From Clostridia bacterium (GTDB lineage: Bacteria; Bacillota; Clostridia; CAKSNL01; HGM11501), in the NCBI GenBank assembly GCA_900766735.1, contig CAAFWO010000017.1:792-64791 (forward strand): a DNA stretch of 64,000 nucleotides. The letters run 5' to 3'. A program made the position numbers and the translations under genes. This document shows positions 40,320 through 50,360 of this stretch, in pieces (the stretch's first letter is position 1; every line of letters starts with the position of its first letter). The notes under the pieces are model-generated. The model worked only from the letters and a program-made list of their open reading frames with translations, did no database searches and had not been told where the DNA came from.

Positions 40320-41100
40320 ACAACGCACTATGCATAGTGTCGTAACACGGATAGGCAGTGTAATGACATGGTACACAGTTTTGCATTAAAATGCGTGCAA
40401 AATAACCGTGTGCTGGTCTCCAAAGTATCACGGGTTTCGCACATTCACTCCACTCATGCACCTGTAGGACGCTCACGGTTCCCGACGTGCCGAGTGTGCT
40501 TTTCGGGTTGAATGCACCGTAGGGTCGATTCTCAGAATCGACCGGTTAATAATTTGTTCACCTTTGGCATATCCTCCCTCCGCCTTCGGCTCCACCCTCC
40601 TTTACACAAGGAGGGCTTTAAACTTCCGCAAAGGTTTGGAGAGAACATTTAAAGGCTCCCTTGCCCAAAGGGAGCTGGGTTTTGCATAGCAAAACTCTGA
40701 GGGGTAGTTATAAGGCCGTCTCTCCCTCCGTCAAAACCTGACGGTGTTGCCACCTCACTCATCAGATGGAGGCATTTAAGCATCCGCCGAGGTTTGGATA
40801 GTGCATTTAAAGGCTTCCTCTAAGGAGGCTCCGCCGGTAGGCGGTGGTGAGGGGGCGATGTGGGCAACGGGTCGTCGAGGACGCCAACCTCTACGGGTTA
40901 GCGGTCACATATTTGGTGCATTGTAGGGCACGGCGGTTTCCGACGTGCCGAATGCGAACTTAAAATTCTCTCCCTCCGTCTCGGCTGCGCCGAGCCAGCT
41001 CCCTCGTCAGAGGGAGCCCTTTGCGCTTGCTTTTTCAGTGCACCGCAGGGGATGGCGTTCCCGAAATTCCGAAACCTATAAAAACTCGTATTTTTTGACA
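40320..41100. repeat. ~800-bp gene-free region densely packed with modular hairpin repeats (same family as 31905-31960 and 35300-35580)
   Basis: No credible ORF. At least four repeat modules recur. These are TGCACC-GTAGGG + hairpin (x4), the ggtttggaKag...aaaggctYcc-loop-ggagc unit (x2), TCTCCCTCCG + hairpin (x3) and ctcatcagatggaggcattt (x1). Confidence 0.65.
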
Positions 41101-41236
41101 TTTGCCTGAGCTAAGTGCGCATCAAAATAACAAAAAAATAAAGAATTAAACTTATTTAAAAGCAAAAAATTAAAGGCATATTGCAAACACTGATGATATA
41201 ATGTAGACAGTTCACAAAAATGACGGGGGAATGAAT

Positions 41237-42235
41237 ATGGAGAGAAACCAGAATCCGGCGAAGCACACACTTGACCTGATCAGGGCGACAGAGCCCGCGA
41301 TGCGCTACCGCGGCGGCGACTTTGAAAAATGGCAGAAGGACGCGCGCGAAAAGCTCATTGAGCTTTTGAGAATGCCTGCTCCGGCGAAGGACGACGCGCT
41401 TTTGATCGAGTATGAAAAGGACGAAGAAACCTATCACGAGACGAGGTTTACCTTCAGGAGCGAGGAGGGCTATTTCGTGCCGACGCACCTTTTGGTGCCG
41501 AAAAACGCGAAGGGCAAGGTGCCTGTCGCGATCTGCCTTCAGGGACATTCGCGCGGAATGCACATATCGCTCGGACGGCCGAAATACCCTGGCGACGAGG
41601 CGGACATTTCCGGCGTAGACCGTGACTTTGCCGTCGGCGCGCTTGAAAAAGGCTTTGCCGCGCTTGCGATCGAACAGCGCGGAATGGGCGAATGCGGCGG
41701 AACGGAACGCGGCCCGGCCTGCCAGCTTCATACGATGGCGAACCTTCTGATCGGCAGAACGACCATCGGGGAGCGCGTGTTGGACATCTCACGCGCGATC
41801 GACGTTTTGATAAAGCATTTTGACGCGATCGACCCCGACAATATAATCTGCGTCGGCAACTCCGGCGGCGGAACGGCGACTTTTTATGCCGCGTGCGTTG
41901 ATGAGCGCATTAAAACCGCAATCCCGAGCTGTGCATTCGCAAGCTATGACGATTCGATCGCCGCGATGCTCCACTGCACCTGCAACTTTATCCCGAACAT
42001 CAGAAACTACTTTGACATGGGCGACCTTTCGGGGCTTATCGCGCCGAGAAACCTCATAATCGTGTCCGGCAAGGAAGACCCTATCTTTCCCATCGATTCG
42101 GCAAAGAAATGCTTTGAGATCACAAAAGAGCTCTATTCGCACACAAACGGCACGGCCGTTCACGTTATCGGGCCGGAGGGCCACCGCTTTTACAAAAAAG
42201 CCGCGTGGGAGGCTTACGACAAAATTACAAAATGA
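41237..42235 (+). CDS. Alpha/beta hydrolase fold esterase (GNSGGG nucleophile elbow; acetylxylan-esterase/dienelactone-hydrolase-like)
   Basis: The G-x-S-x-G motif in an a/b-hydrolase context. Preceded by the extended -10 TGaTATAAT. Confidence 0.72.
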   Translation: MERNQNPAKHTLDLIRATEPAMRYRGGDFEKWQKDAREKLIELLRMPAPAKDDALLIEYEKDEETYHETRFTFRSEEGYFVPTHLLVPKNAKGKVPVAICLQGHSRGMHISLGRPKYPGDEADISGVDRDFAVGALEKGFAALAIEQRGMGECGGTERGPACQLHTMANLLIGRTTIGERVLDISRAIDVLIKHFDAIDPDNIICVGNSGGGTATFYAACVDERIKTAIPSCAFASYDDSIAAMLHCTCNFIPNIRNYFDMGDLSGLIAPRNLIIVSGKEDPIFPIDSAKKCFEITKELYSHTNGTAVHVIGPEGHRFYKKAAWEAYDKITK

Positions 42236-42284
42236 CTTGCATTTCTGCGCTTTTTATACTACAATAGCTAAAGGGGGTGTGTTT

Positions 42285-42587
42285 ATGGTAAAACACATAA
42301 TACTCTGGAGCTTGAAAGAGACGTATTCAGACAGCGAAAAGGACGAGATCAGGAAAAACATCAAGCGTGAGCTTGAAGGTCTTAAGGGAAAGATACCGGG
42401 GCTTATTGACATCCGCGTGCAGACAGAGCGCCTTCCCTCCTCCACCGCTGACCTGATGCTCGATTCGACATTTGAAAACGCCGAGGCGCTGGCCGGCTAT
42501 TCGGTTCACACCGAGCATGTGAAGATCGCGGACACATTCGTCCGCCCGCACACCGAGAGGCGCGCCTGCCTTGATTTTGAAATTTAA
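42285..42587 (+). CDS. Dabb-family stress-responsive dimeric alpha+beta barrel protein
   Basis: 100 aa (MVKHIILWSLKE...), resembling the Stress_responsive A/B barrel fold. Confidence 0.7.
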   Translation: MVKHIILWSLKETYSDSEKDEIRKNIKRELEGLKGKIPGLIDIRVQTERLPSSTADLMLDSTFENAEALAGYSVHTEHVKIADTFVRPHTERRACLDFEI

Positions 42588-42602
42588 AACACTGCCACCG
42601 GG

Positions 42603-42668
42603 TAGAAGCATTCGCTTGCACATCGTTAGGTCATAGAAGATGTGCGGACGGATGCTTATTTTTTATTT
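42603..42668 (+). terminator. Long nested hairpin + T-run immediately before the RBS of the next gene
   Basis: aagcat...gcacatc gttaggtcatagaa gatgtgc...atgctt followed by TTTTTTATTTTT, then AAGGAGG. Confidence 0.5.
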
Positions 42669-42682
42669 TTAAGGAGGACAAC

Positions 42683-42910
42683 ATGAGACACTATTTCACA
42701 AAAACCGAAATCGCTCTCTGGAGCGTCTCCGCCGCGGCCATAATATTATCCTTTATTATGTTTGACGGCAAAAGCTTTCTGACGCTTGCCTCGCTCTTCG
42801 ACCCGGGCTATATCTCCGTCGTCGTGTGCTTTGCCGCGTTCCTTGCAAACGATATTTACGGTTTTATCTCGTGGAAGAGGCTCGAGAAAAAGAAAAAAAT
42901 TAATGCTTGA
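42683..42910 (+). CDS. Small hydrophobic membrane protein (75 aa, 2 TM), unknown family
   Basis: Strong AAGGAGG RBS. Two predicted transmembrane helices. Confidence 0.5.
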   Translation: MRHYFTKTEIALWSVSAAAIILSFIMFDGKSFLTLASLFDPGYISVVVCFAAFLANDIYGFISWKRLEKKKKINA

Positions 42911-42953
42911 AAAATACCGCCGTCTGTGGTAGTATAGATAGCGGAGTGATCGT

Positions 42954-43592
42954 ATGGAAATAATGCACAAAAGCCGCGGCCGGAAGATGAGCGACGGGCA
43001 GAAGATTTTAATTTCTGTAGGGATATTGCTTTTAGGCATCGCTCTCGGCGCGTTTTCAAAATATCTTGACGGGGGAAGGCTTCCCTTTATTCTTCGTGAG
43101 ATCAATGATCTGCTTGACATTAATAATTTTCTCGGCGGGTTCGCGCCGTGGATATTGCTCGGGCTATGCCTTTCCGTTTTCAGCAGAACGCCTTTAAGAG
43201 CGGCGGTCAACACGTTTTTGTTCTTCGCCGGCATGGTCTCGGCATATTATTTATACTCGTATTTCGTTTTGGGGTTCTACCCTGAGCGCTATGCGTTTAT
43301 CTGGATTGTGTTCACGCTCTTAAGCCCGTTTCTGGCGTTCGGAACGTGGTTTTCAAAGGAAAAGGGCGTCGTCCCGATCGTAATTTCGGCGTTCATACTG
43401 GCGCTTTTGATCAACACCGCGTTTAACTACGGGCTTTACTACATAGCGGTGACTAACCTTTTGAACGCGCTGATATTTATCGCCGCGGCGGTGATACTTA
43501 AAAGGAACGCGTCCGAAACGTCAATTATGCTTGCCCTGGCACTCATTTTAGCGATTATAATGCGCTTTGCGCTGCCATATCAGATATGGTGA
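42954..43592 (+). CDS. Integral membrane protein (212 aa, ~6 TM), unknown function
   Basis: Has its own promoter-like signal (TTGAAA-17-TAGTAT). Hydrophobic profile. Confidence 0.6.
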   Translation: MEIMHKSRGRKMSDGQKILISVGILLLGIALGAFSKYLDGGRLPFILREINDLLDINNFLGGFAPWILLGLCLSVFSRTPLRAAVNTFLFFAGMVSAYYLYSYFVLGFYPERYAFIWIVFTLLSPFLAFGTWFSKEKGVVPIVISAFILALLINTAFNYGLYYIAVTNLLNALIFIAAAVILKRNASETSIMLALALILAIIMRFALPYQIW

Positions 43593-43608
43593 GAAAGGAA
43601 GTATTAAA

Positions 43609-44355
43609 ATGCCCAAAGTTATAACGTTTAATATAAGATATACCGACGATCCGAACGGCAACTCCATTGCCGAGCGCGCGCCGAGGCTTAAAAAAGTCAT
43701 CGACGGGCGCGACCCCGACCTTATCGGCTTCCAGGAGTGCACTCCGGCATGGATGGAATTTATCGAAAAATACTGGGGAGAGGACTATGAGATAATAAAT
43801 CAGTACCGCGCGCACCACAGCTTAGAGTCTACACCGATTTTATACAAGCGCGACAAGTTCGAGTGCCTTAAAAAGGGCTGGTTCTGGCTGTCGGACACTC
43901 CGGAAGAAGAGTCCGGCGGATGGGACGAGTGCGGCTGCTACAGAATTTGCTGCTACGCCGTTTTAAAGTGCAAATCGTGCGGAAAGACCTTCACATTTAT
44001 GAACACGCATTTCGGATTCGGTGATGACAATCAGGTTAAGAGCGCCAAGCTCATACGGGCGAAGAGCGAGGAGATCTCGGCTGCACCGGCATTCTGCACG
44101 GGCGACTTTAATATGACTCCCGAAAAAATCGGCTATAAGACAATGACGGAGTTTTTCACGGACGTTAACGCCGTGACAGAGAAGGACTTTAACACCACCT
44201 ATCACGGATATGACAAAGACTATACCGGTGAGCACATTGACTATTGCTTTATCGACAAGCGCATTAAGCCGGTGTCGTCCAAGGTGATATATGACCTTGT
44301 GGACGGCAAGTTCCCGTCTGACCACTACGGGATCGAATTCAAACTTGAAATATGA
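43609..44355 (+). CDS. Endonuclease/exonuclease/phosphatase (EEP) family protein
   Basis: N-terminal ITFNIRY and the C-terminal SDHYGIEFKL catalytic His motif. Confidence 0.8.
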   Translation: MPKVITFNIRYTDDPNGNSIAERAPRLKKVIDGRDPDLIGFQECTPAWMEFIEKYWGEDYEIINQYRAHHSLESTPILYKRDKFECLKKGWFWLSDTPEEESGGWDECGCYRICCYAVLKCKSCGKTFTFMNTHFGFGDDNQVKSAKLIRAKSEEISAAPAFCTGDFNMTPEKIGYKTMTEFFTDVNAVTEKDFNTTYHGYDKDYTGEHIDYCFIDKRIKPVSSKVIYDLVDGKFPSDHYGIEFKLEI

Positions 44356-44356
44356 A

Positions 44357-44392
44357 AAAAGGAAGGCGTCAGCCTTCCTTTTTAGTTTGGAT
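44357..44392. terminator. Bidirectional terminator (aaggaaggc gtca gccttcctt)
   Basis: Perfect 9-bp stem between convergent genes. Confidence 0.75.
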
Positions 44393-44411
44393 TGTCACGG
44401 TTGAACCTTTT

Positions 44412-45350
44412 CTATTGCGTTATTTTAGTTCCGCCGCCGGACATTGCATTTTTTGCGTTTTCAAGAGACGTTATAACAGCGACGCGGTCGGGCGAGCCTT
44501 TCACAAATTCCACGGCGGAGAGCACCTTGGGGCGCATGCTCCCCTCGCCGAACTCGCCGGCTTCGTCATAGGAAAGCGCCTCTTTGACCGTCATTTGGGC
44601 AAGCTCTTTTTCGTTTTCCTTGCCGAAATTTATCGAAACGCGGTCGACCGCGGTCAGGATGAAGAGATATTTCGCGTCTGTCTCGCTTGCCAAAAGCGCG
44701 GCGGCGCGGTCTTTATCTATCACGGCGGAAACGCCGCGGTATAACCCGTCCGACTCTTTTGCGACGGGGATTCCTCCACCGCCGCACGCGATGACGATGA
44801 ACTCGTTGTCAAGAAGATTTAGTATTGAGTCGCGCTCGACGATCGATTTCGGCGCGGGCGAGGCGACGACCTCACGGTAGCCGCGGCCGGAGTCCTCCTT
44901 AAAGGTCTTGTCCGGGTACTCGTGCTTTATTTGTTCGGCCTCTTCGCGCGTGAAGAACGCGCCGATGGGCTTTGTCGGATTTGAAAACGCCGGATCTGAT
45001 TTATCGACCTCGACCTGCGTTATCATCGAGGACACGTGCCAGGGCATATTGCGCTTTCGGAGCTCGAACAAAATTTCCTGCTGAAGGTGGTAGCCGATAT
45101 AGCCTTCGCTCATTGCCGTGCATTCGGGGAGCGGCATTGCCGGGATTTTTTTATTCACCTTCGCGCCATCCGAGAAGGCGGACGAGATCATGCCGACCTG
45201 AGGGCCGTTTCCGTGCGTTACGATGATTTCATACCCTTCGGCGATGAGCGAAACGAGATGCGGCGCGGCGGCGCGGATCTTTTCAAGCTGTTCGGACGGC
45301 GTGTTTCCGAGCGCGTTTCCGCCGAGAGCTATTACGATGCGGTCAGCCAT
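44412..45350 (-). CDS. aguC: Carbamate kinase
   Basis: 312 aa with the typical [11 protein letters not shown]-terminus. Last gene of the agmatine deiminase operon. Confidence 0.9.
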   Translation of the reverse strand: MADRIVIALGGNALGNTPSEQLEKIRAAAPHLVSLIAEGYEIIVTHGNGPQVGMISSAFSDGAKVNKKIPAMPLPECTAMSEGYIGYHLQQEILFELRKRNMPWHVSSMITQVEVDKSDPAFSNPTKPIGAFFTREEAEQIKHEYPDKTFKEDSGRGYREVVASPAPKSIVERDSILNLLDNEFIVIACGGGGIPVAKESDGLYRGVSAVIDKDRAAALLASETDAKYLFILTAVDRVSINFGKENEKELAQMTVKEALSYDEAGEFGEGSMRPKVLSAVEFVKGSPDRVAVITSLENAKNAMSGGGTKITQ

Positions 45351-46449
45351 TTATGCTCCCCCTTTTGGGAATCTGCTGGGTGATGCAGTGAATGTTGCCG
45401 CCGCCGAGCAGTATCTCGCGCGCATAGATGCCGACGATCTCGCGGCCGGGGAACACTTCTTTCAAGAGCGATTCTGCCTTTTCGTCCGCCGGGTCGTTGA
45501 ATTTCGGGAAGAGCACCGCACCGTTTATGATATAAAGGTTGGCATAGCTTGCGGCAAGGCGGTCGCCCTCGTTTCTCGGGAGCGTGCCGTCCACGGCGTC
45601 CACGCCCTCCGATTCCTCGGCGGTGATCAAGACGGGGCGGGGCAAGATGAGCTTGTGAACCTTGATCTTTCTGCCCTTTGCGTCCGTCTCGCGTTCCAAG
45701 ACTTCGAGCGCGCTTTTTGAAATTTCATACTGCGGATCGGACTCGTCCTCGCACCAGGCAAGGAGCGCCTCCCCGGGCTTTACAAACGTGAAGATGTTAT
45801 CGACGTGTCCGTTCGTCTCGTCGTTATAGATTCCGCGCGGAAGCCAGATGATCTTTTCAACGTTTAAATATTCCTTTAACTTTTCTTCGATTTCTTCTTT
45901 TGAGAGCGAGGGGTTTCTGCCTTCGCTTAAAAGGCACTCCTCGGTCACGACCAAGGTTCCCTCGCCGTCGACATGGATCGAGCCGCCCTCGAGCACGAAG
46001 TTTTCCGCCTTATAGCGGTCGGCGCGCTCAATTTCGGTGACCTTTAAGGCGATCTCGTCATCAAGATCCCAGGGAAAGTAAAGACCGTCGACAAGGCCGC
46101 CCCAGGCGTTAAAGTCCCAGTCGACACCGCGTATCTCTTCGCCGTTGGTGACGAAGGTCGGCCCGCAGTCGCGGACCCAGGAGTCGTTGTTCGATGCCTC
46201 GATAACGCGGACGGCCGGGTCTAACATGGCGCGCGCATTCTTGTACTGATCCTTATTTGCCAAAACGGTGATGGGCTCAAAGCGCGAAATGGCTTTCGCC
46301 ACCTCGGCGAAGACCTTCTGCGCCGGCTTTCCGCCGTTTCGCCAGTTGTCCGGGCGCTCGGGCCATATCATATATGAGCCGGAGTGAGGCTCAAACTCGC
46401 CCGGCATTCGGAAATTATCTTTTTTGGGTGTTGAATTTACTGTTTTCAT
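45343..46449 (-). CDS. aguA: Agmatine deiminase
   Basis: 368 aa with the PAD_porph/agmatine deiminase catalytic C-terminus ([10 protein letters not shown]). Confidence 0.9.
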   Translation of the reverse strand: MKTVNSTPKKDNFRMPGEFEPHSGSYMIWPERPDNWRNGGKPAQKVFAEVAKAISRFEPITVLANKDQYKNARAMLDPAVRVIEASNNDSWVRDCGPTFVTNGEEIRGVDWDFNAWGGLVDGLYFPWDLDDEIALKVTEIERADRYKAENFVLEGGSIHVDGEGTLVVTEECLLSEGRNPSLSKEEIEEKLKEYLNVEKIIWLPRGIYNDETNGHVDNIFTFVKPGEALLAWCEDESDPQYEISKSALEVLERETDAKGRKIKVHKLILPRPVLITAEESEGVDAVDGTLPRNEGDRLAASYANLYIINGAVLFPKFNDPADEKAESLLKEVFPGREIVGIYAREILLGGGNIHCITQQIPKRGSING

Positions 46450-46453
46450 AGTT

Positions 46454-47812
46454 TTATCCTTTCTGTGTTTTTATGGCGCGCGAGGCGATGACCTCGCCGA
46501 TGATGACGGCAAGAATAGTGCCCAAAAGAAGCGGAAGCTTTGTGCCGAGCTCATCGGACGAGAAATTTAACGGGACGACCGATAGCACGACCGAGATCAC
46601 CAGAAGCGCCATCGGAAGATAAGCATAGAGCTTTAAGATCCCCTGCCCTCCGCCGACCTTATAGGGGCGGTTCCTGTCCGGGTCGGTTTTCCGGAGCTTT
46701 AGAAAAGCCGGAAAGATCGGGATATAGGACATTAATAGCGTTACCATATTAAGTGCGAAAAAGCTCCAGAAAAGGTCGGGGCTCGGGATGAAAGGCGCCG
46801 AGAGCACCACGAGCGACGCGATGACGCCGTTTGCGATGTTCGCGCCCTGGGGCATTTCCTTCTTATCAAGGATGCCGAATACCTTGGGGAGCGCCCCCTC
46901 TTTCGCGGCATAGCTTGCGACATAGTTCACGCCGAACGACCAGGAAATGAGGTTCGTAAAGAGCGTGTACATAAACATCAGCCCGAATATGATGATGAGC
47001 GCACCGGAGCTTTTGCCCGTCAGCGTCATAAAGCTTTCGACGAGACCGCCCGATGCGGCAAGCTCATCCGCCGGAATGGCAACGCCGATTCCGAACGACG
47101 CTAAGATATAGAAAAATGCGATGAAAACGCCACCCAAGACGAGCGCTTTCGGGATCTCCTTACCCGGGTTTTTCATTTCTGAGGCGAAGGTCGTCACGAC
47201 CTCGAAGCCCAAGAAGTTAAAGATTATGACCGAGATGTTGGAAAGCCCCGTCACATTAAGGCTCGGAATGAAGCTCTCGGGTGTGAACGCATTGGCCGAG
47301 CCGCGCGTCACGGCGACGTAGATACCGAGAACGCCGAGTGAAAGCATGATGATCGCTTTAAATATCGCGGCGATGTTTAATATCCACTTGTTGTCGCTCA
47401 CGTTAAAGCCGCTTATGAAAACGACCACCCAGATGAATAAAAGCTGGAGCAGCACCGTTGCAAAAACCGAAAGCGTGATGCCGAAAAGCGTCGCTAAAAG
47501 GTCGGTAAAGAGCACCGCGAGCGAACCCATCCAAAGCGGAAAGTTGATATAATAATACCAGGCGACGCGCGAGCCCCAGCGCTTGCCGAACGCGCGCTTT
47601 ACCCAGTCATAGATTCCGCCCTCGTCCTCATACGCCGTGCCCAACTCCGCGGAGATCAGGCCGTACGGCATGAAGAACCCCAAAAGCAGGAATATCCACC
47701 AGAAAAACTGCGAGTTGCCGATCGCCGCCGCGCCGGGAGCGGACTCCACGACGAGCACGATGCAGACGGCGGCAAGCACCGCGTCAAAAAGACGGAATTT
47801 TTTCTTTGTCAA
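46454..47812 (-). CDS. aguD: APC-family agmatine/putrescine antiporter
   Basis: 452 aa with about 12 transmembrane segments, between ptcA and aguA. Confidence 0.8.
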   Translation of the reverse strand: MTKKKFRLFDAVLAAVCIVLVVESAPGAAAIGNSQFFWWIFLLLGFFMPYGLISAELGTAYEDEGGIYDWVKRAFGKRWGSRVAWYYYINFPLWMGSLAVLFTDLLATLFGITLSVFATVLLQLLFIWVVVFISGFNVSDNKWILNIAAIFKAIIMLSLGVLGIYVAVTRGSANAFTPESFIPSLNVTGLSNISVIIFNFLGFEVVTTFASEMKNPGKEIPKALVLGGVFIAFFYILASFGIGVAIPADELAASGGLVESFMTLTGKSSGALIIIFGLMFMYTLFTNLISWSFGVNYVASYAAKEGALPKVFGILDKKEMPQGANIANGVIASLVVLSAPFIPSPDLFWSFFALNMVTLLMSYIPIFPAFLKLRKTDPDRNRPYKVGGGQGILKLYAYLPMALLVISVVLSVVPLNFSSDELGTKLPLLLGTILAVIIGEVIASRAIKTQKG

Positions 47813-47838
47813 GTAAAAAACCTCCTTATAAGAGCCTA

Positions 47839-48846
47839 TCAGAAGATTTTGGAAAGCTCGGAGTAAACTTCGGTCTTCACGGCCTCGCGCTCCGCCTCAC
47901 AGCCCAAGGAATCGCGGAGAAGGTAAACTAAGATACCGCGCATCGCGGTCAGGCGGTTTTCCGCCTCGTCGAAGGCGATGGAATAGTCAGAATCCAAAAC
48001 CTCGTCGGTGACTTCCTCGCCTCTGCTTGCCGGAAGGCAGTGCATGAACTTAACATCGGGCGAGGCTTTTTTCATCATTGCGTCCGTCACCTGATACTTG
48101 GGCATGAAGAGCTTTAAGCGCTCCTCTTTGGAAAGCTCGGCGTTGTAAAGGCCGTACCACACGTCGGTATAAACGAAGTCTGCGCCGGAGAGTGCTTCGT
48201 CCTCGTCCTCTGTCACCGTCACACTGCCGCCGGAAATTTCCGAGTTTCTCTTTCCTATCTCGATGAACTTTTCGGAAAGCTGATTTCCTTTCGGGCCGAA
48301 ATGCACGAAATTCATACCGAGCTTTGTCGAGATCATCATTTCCGAGGCGCAGACCTGCGTTGCGTCGCCGACGAAAACGATCTTACAGTCCTCAATTTTC
48401 TTGCCATTTGGAAGGTGCTCAATCATCGTGATCGCGTCGCCTATCTCCTGCGTCGGGTGGTTATAGTCGCTCATCGCGTTGATAACGGGGATCGATGCGC
48501 ACTCGGCGAGGCGGACAACGGTGTTATGCTCGTCCACACGCGCCATCAAAATGTCCGTCAGGCGCGAGAGAACGCGCGCGGTGTCCTCCATCGTTTCGTG
48601 GCCGCCCAACTGTATCTGCCCGGGAGCCAAATACTGTGCATGGCCTCCTAATTGTTCCATCGCCGTTTCAAACGAAACTCTTGTACGGGTCGAGCTCTGC
48701 TGAAAAATCATGCCGAGCGTTTTATTTTTAAGAAGCGGGGGATAATAACCGCGGCGTATGCTTTTCTTGATCGCAAGGCTTAGATTGATTATCTTTAAGA
48801 GCTCCTCTTTGGTGTAGTCTTCTGTTGTAATTAAATCTTTAATCAT
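47839..48846 (-). CDS. ptcA: Putrescine carbamoyltransferase (ornithine carbamoyltransferase family)
   Basis: STRTR carbamoyl-phosphate binding motif and the HPTQ motif. Operon context with aguD/aguA/aguC. Confidence 0.82.
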   Translation of the reverse strand: MIKDLITTEDYTKEELLKIINLSLAIKKSIRRGYYPPLLKNKTLGMIFQQSSTRTRVSFETAMEQLGGHAQYLAPGQIQLGGHETMEDTARVLSRLTDILMARVDEHNTVVRLAECASIPVINAMSDYNHPTQEIGDAITMIEHLPNGKKIEDCKIVFVGDATQVCASEMMISTKLGMNFVHFGPKGNQLSEKFIEIGKRNSEISGGSVTVTEDEDEALSGADFVYTDVWYGLYNAELSKEERLKLFMPKYQVTDAMMKKASPDVKFMHCLPASRGEEVTDEVLDSDYSIAFDEAENRLTAMRGILVYLLRDSLGCEAEREAVKTEVYSELSKIF

Positions 48847-48932
48847 AAAATCAGTCCTTTCTTTTTTAATTTGCCCGAATGAGAAAAATGCTATGCAAAA
48901 AAATAAAAATGTGATAAAATAAAAATGAGGTG

Positions 48933-49823
48933 ATGAAAGTGGTCATAACGCTGACATTAAATCCGGCATTCGACATATATTATGAAACCGGGCGCCTTGA
49001 ACCCGGAAGCGAGATGCGCGTGAAAAAAACGGGCCGGTTCATCGGCGGCAAGGGCATAAACACGTCGCGCGCCCTATTCTCGCTCGGCATTGAAAATTTT
49101 GCCGCCGTGCTTTTGGGGCGCGACAACGCGGTCGAATTTATTAAAGAGGCCGAGGGCGAAGGACTTTGCCTGATTCCGGTTTTGACAAGCGGCGCGGTGC
49201 GCGAAAACATCACTGTGCGCGAGGATGGCGGACGGGAAACAAGGATGAGCACAGATTTTTTTGCTGATGAAGATTCGGTGGCCGAAGCGCTCCGAAAAAC
49301 AAAAGCCGCCTTTTCCGGCGACGATATTTTGGTCTTTTCGGGAAGATTGCCAAAGGGCGTTGAAAAAGAAAGAATAACGGATTTTCTTTCCGGGCTTACG
49401 GGCGTTAAAATAGCGCTCGACTCCAAAAGTATGGCAAAGGAGGACATAAAAAAGATCCGCCCGTGGCTCATCAAGCCCAACGAAGAGGAGGCGCTCGCGT
49501 TCGGAGATACATATAAGACAGCGGCGGCGAAGCTAAAAGCGCTCGGCTGTGAAAACGTCATAATAAGCCTCGGCGAAAACGGGGTGTTCTTTTCGGGAGC
49601 GGACGAGTTTTTCGTAAAAGCGCCGAAAGTGTGCGCGCTTTCGACCGTCGGCGCGGGCGACAGCTTGACCGCCGGGTTTATCGCATCGCACATTTTAAAA
49701 AGGAGCGAAAGAGAGTGCGTGCGTTTTGCAGTCGCCGCCGGTTCTGCGGCGTGCGAGAAGGCAGGAACAGCGCCGCCCGATATGAGCGAGGTCACCCGTC
49801 TTTTTTCGGAAAATACATTTTAA
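48933..49823 (+). CDS. PfkB-family carbohydrate kinase (1-phosphofructokinase/tagatose-6-P kinase-like)
   Basis: GG dipeptide region and the GAGDS motif. Confidence 0.8.
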   Translation: MKVVITLTLNPAFDIYYETGRLEPGSEMRVKKTGRFIGGKGINTSRALFSLGIENFAAVLLGRDNAVEFIKEAEGEGLCLIPVLTSGAVRENITVREDGGRETRMSTDFFADEDSVAEALRKTKAAFSGDDILVFSGRLPKGVEKERITDFLSGLTGVKIALDSKSMAKEDIKKIRPWLIKPNEEEALAFGDTYKTAAAKLKALGCENVIISLGENGVFFSGADEFFVKAPKVCALSTVGAGDSLTAGFIASHILKRSERECVRFAVAAGSAACEKAGTAPPDMSEVTRLFSENTF

Positions 49824-49888
49824 AAAGGATTTTTGCATTTACATTTCACCCTCTTTAGTGCTAAAATCAGGATAAGGAGGGATATGAT

Positions 49889-50334
49889 ATGAAAGATAAA
49901 TTGATTTTGCCGACCAAAGAGCAAGCCGCCTGTGGCAGACGGCGGAGCATGACTACAGCGTTAAAGCTCGCCGTGGAAGAACGGCGAAGGCGATGCTGTG
50001 GCGGAATTTATTGCCTCGTGCAAAAAACGCGTTTTCCGCACCGATAAACGAAAAATTCGCAAAAAAGAGCGAAACGGAATTTGAAATAGCCTCAAACGGC
50101 GAAAAGGCATATGTCATGCTCGGCGAGGAGATTGAAAAAGGCGAGCGCGTGACGGGATACACCCTTTCGGCAGAGGATAAAGAAGGGAAAGAAATATTCT
50201 CTTATTCGGGGGCTGTCATTTCGCACAAGAGAATTATCGCCGTTCCGGAGGGCGCGGTCAAAATAAAGCTTAAGATTACGGCCTTTAAGGACACACCGGC
50301 GATCCGGTTTTTCAATATATATAAAAGAGGATAG
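49889..50334 (+). pseudogene. Hypothetical gene apparently split by a frameshift (52-aa frame with strong RBS followed by 113-aa track ORF 49993-50334 in another frame)
   Basis: A strong AAGGAGGG RBS precedes the ATG at 49889. The downstream ORF (49993-50334) has no RBS of its own. Confidence 0.3.
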
Positions 50335-50360
50335 GCACTGCCTATCCTCTTTTTCTTGCT
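50329..50360. terminator. Bidirectional terminator (aggataggca ctg cctatcct)
   Basis: Perfect stem with a T-run. Confidence 0.7.

Noticed and set aside
40320-41100. CRISPR array hypothesis for the repeat block
   Set aside because: Repeats are of several different types, imperfect, irregularly spaced and without uniform spacers. No cas genes in the window.
40898-41270. Track ORFs 40898-41101(-) and 41076-41270(-)
   Set aside because: Lie in the repeat block or the promoter A-tracts. No RBS. Arg/Pro-rich nonsense translations.
42683-42910. Assignment of the 75-aa protein as a PnuC (nicotinamide riboside transporter) fragment
   Set aside because: Only a vague resemblance to PnuC motifs (NDIYGFISWKR). 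Too weak to call without a profile search.
48980-49795. 271-aa minus ORF
   Set aside because: Antisense to the PfkB kinase. Ser/Ala/Pro-rich artefact.
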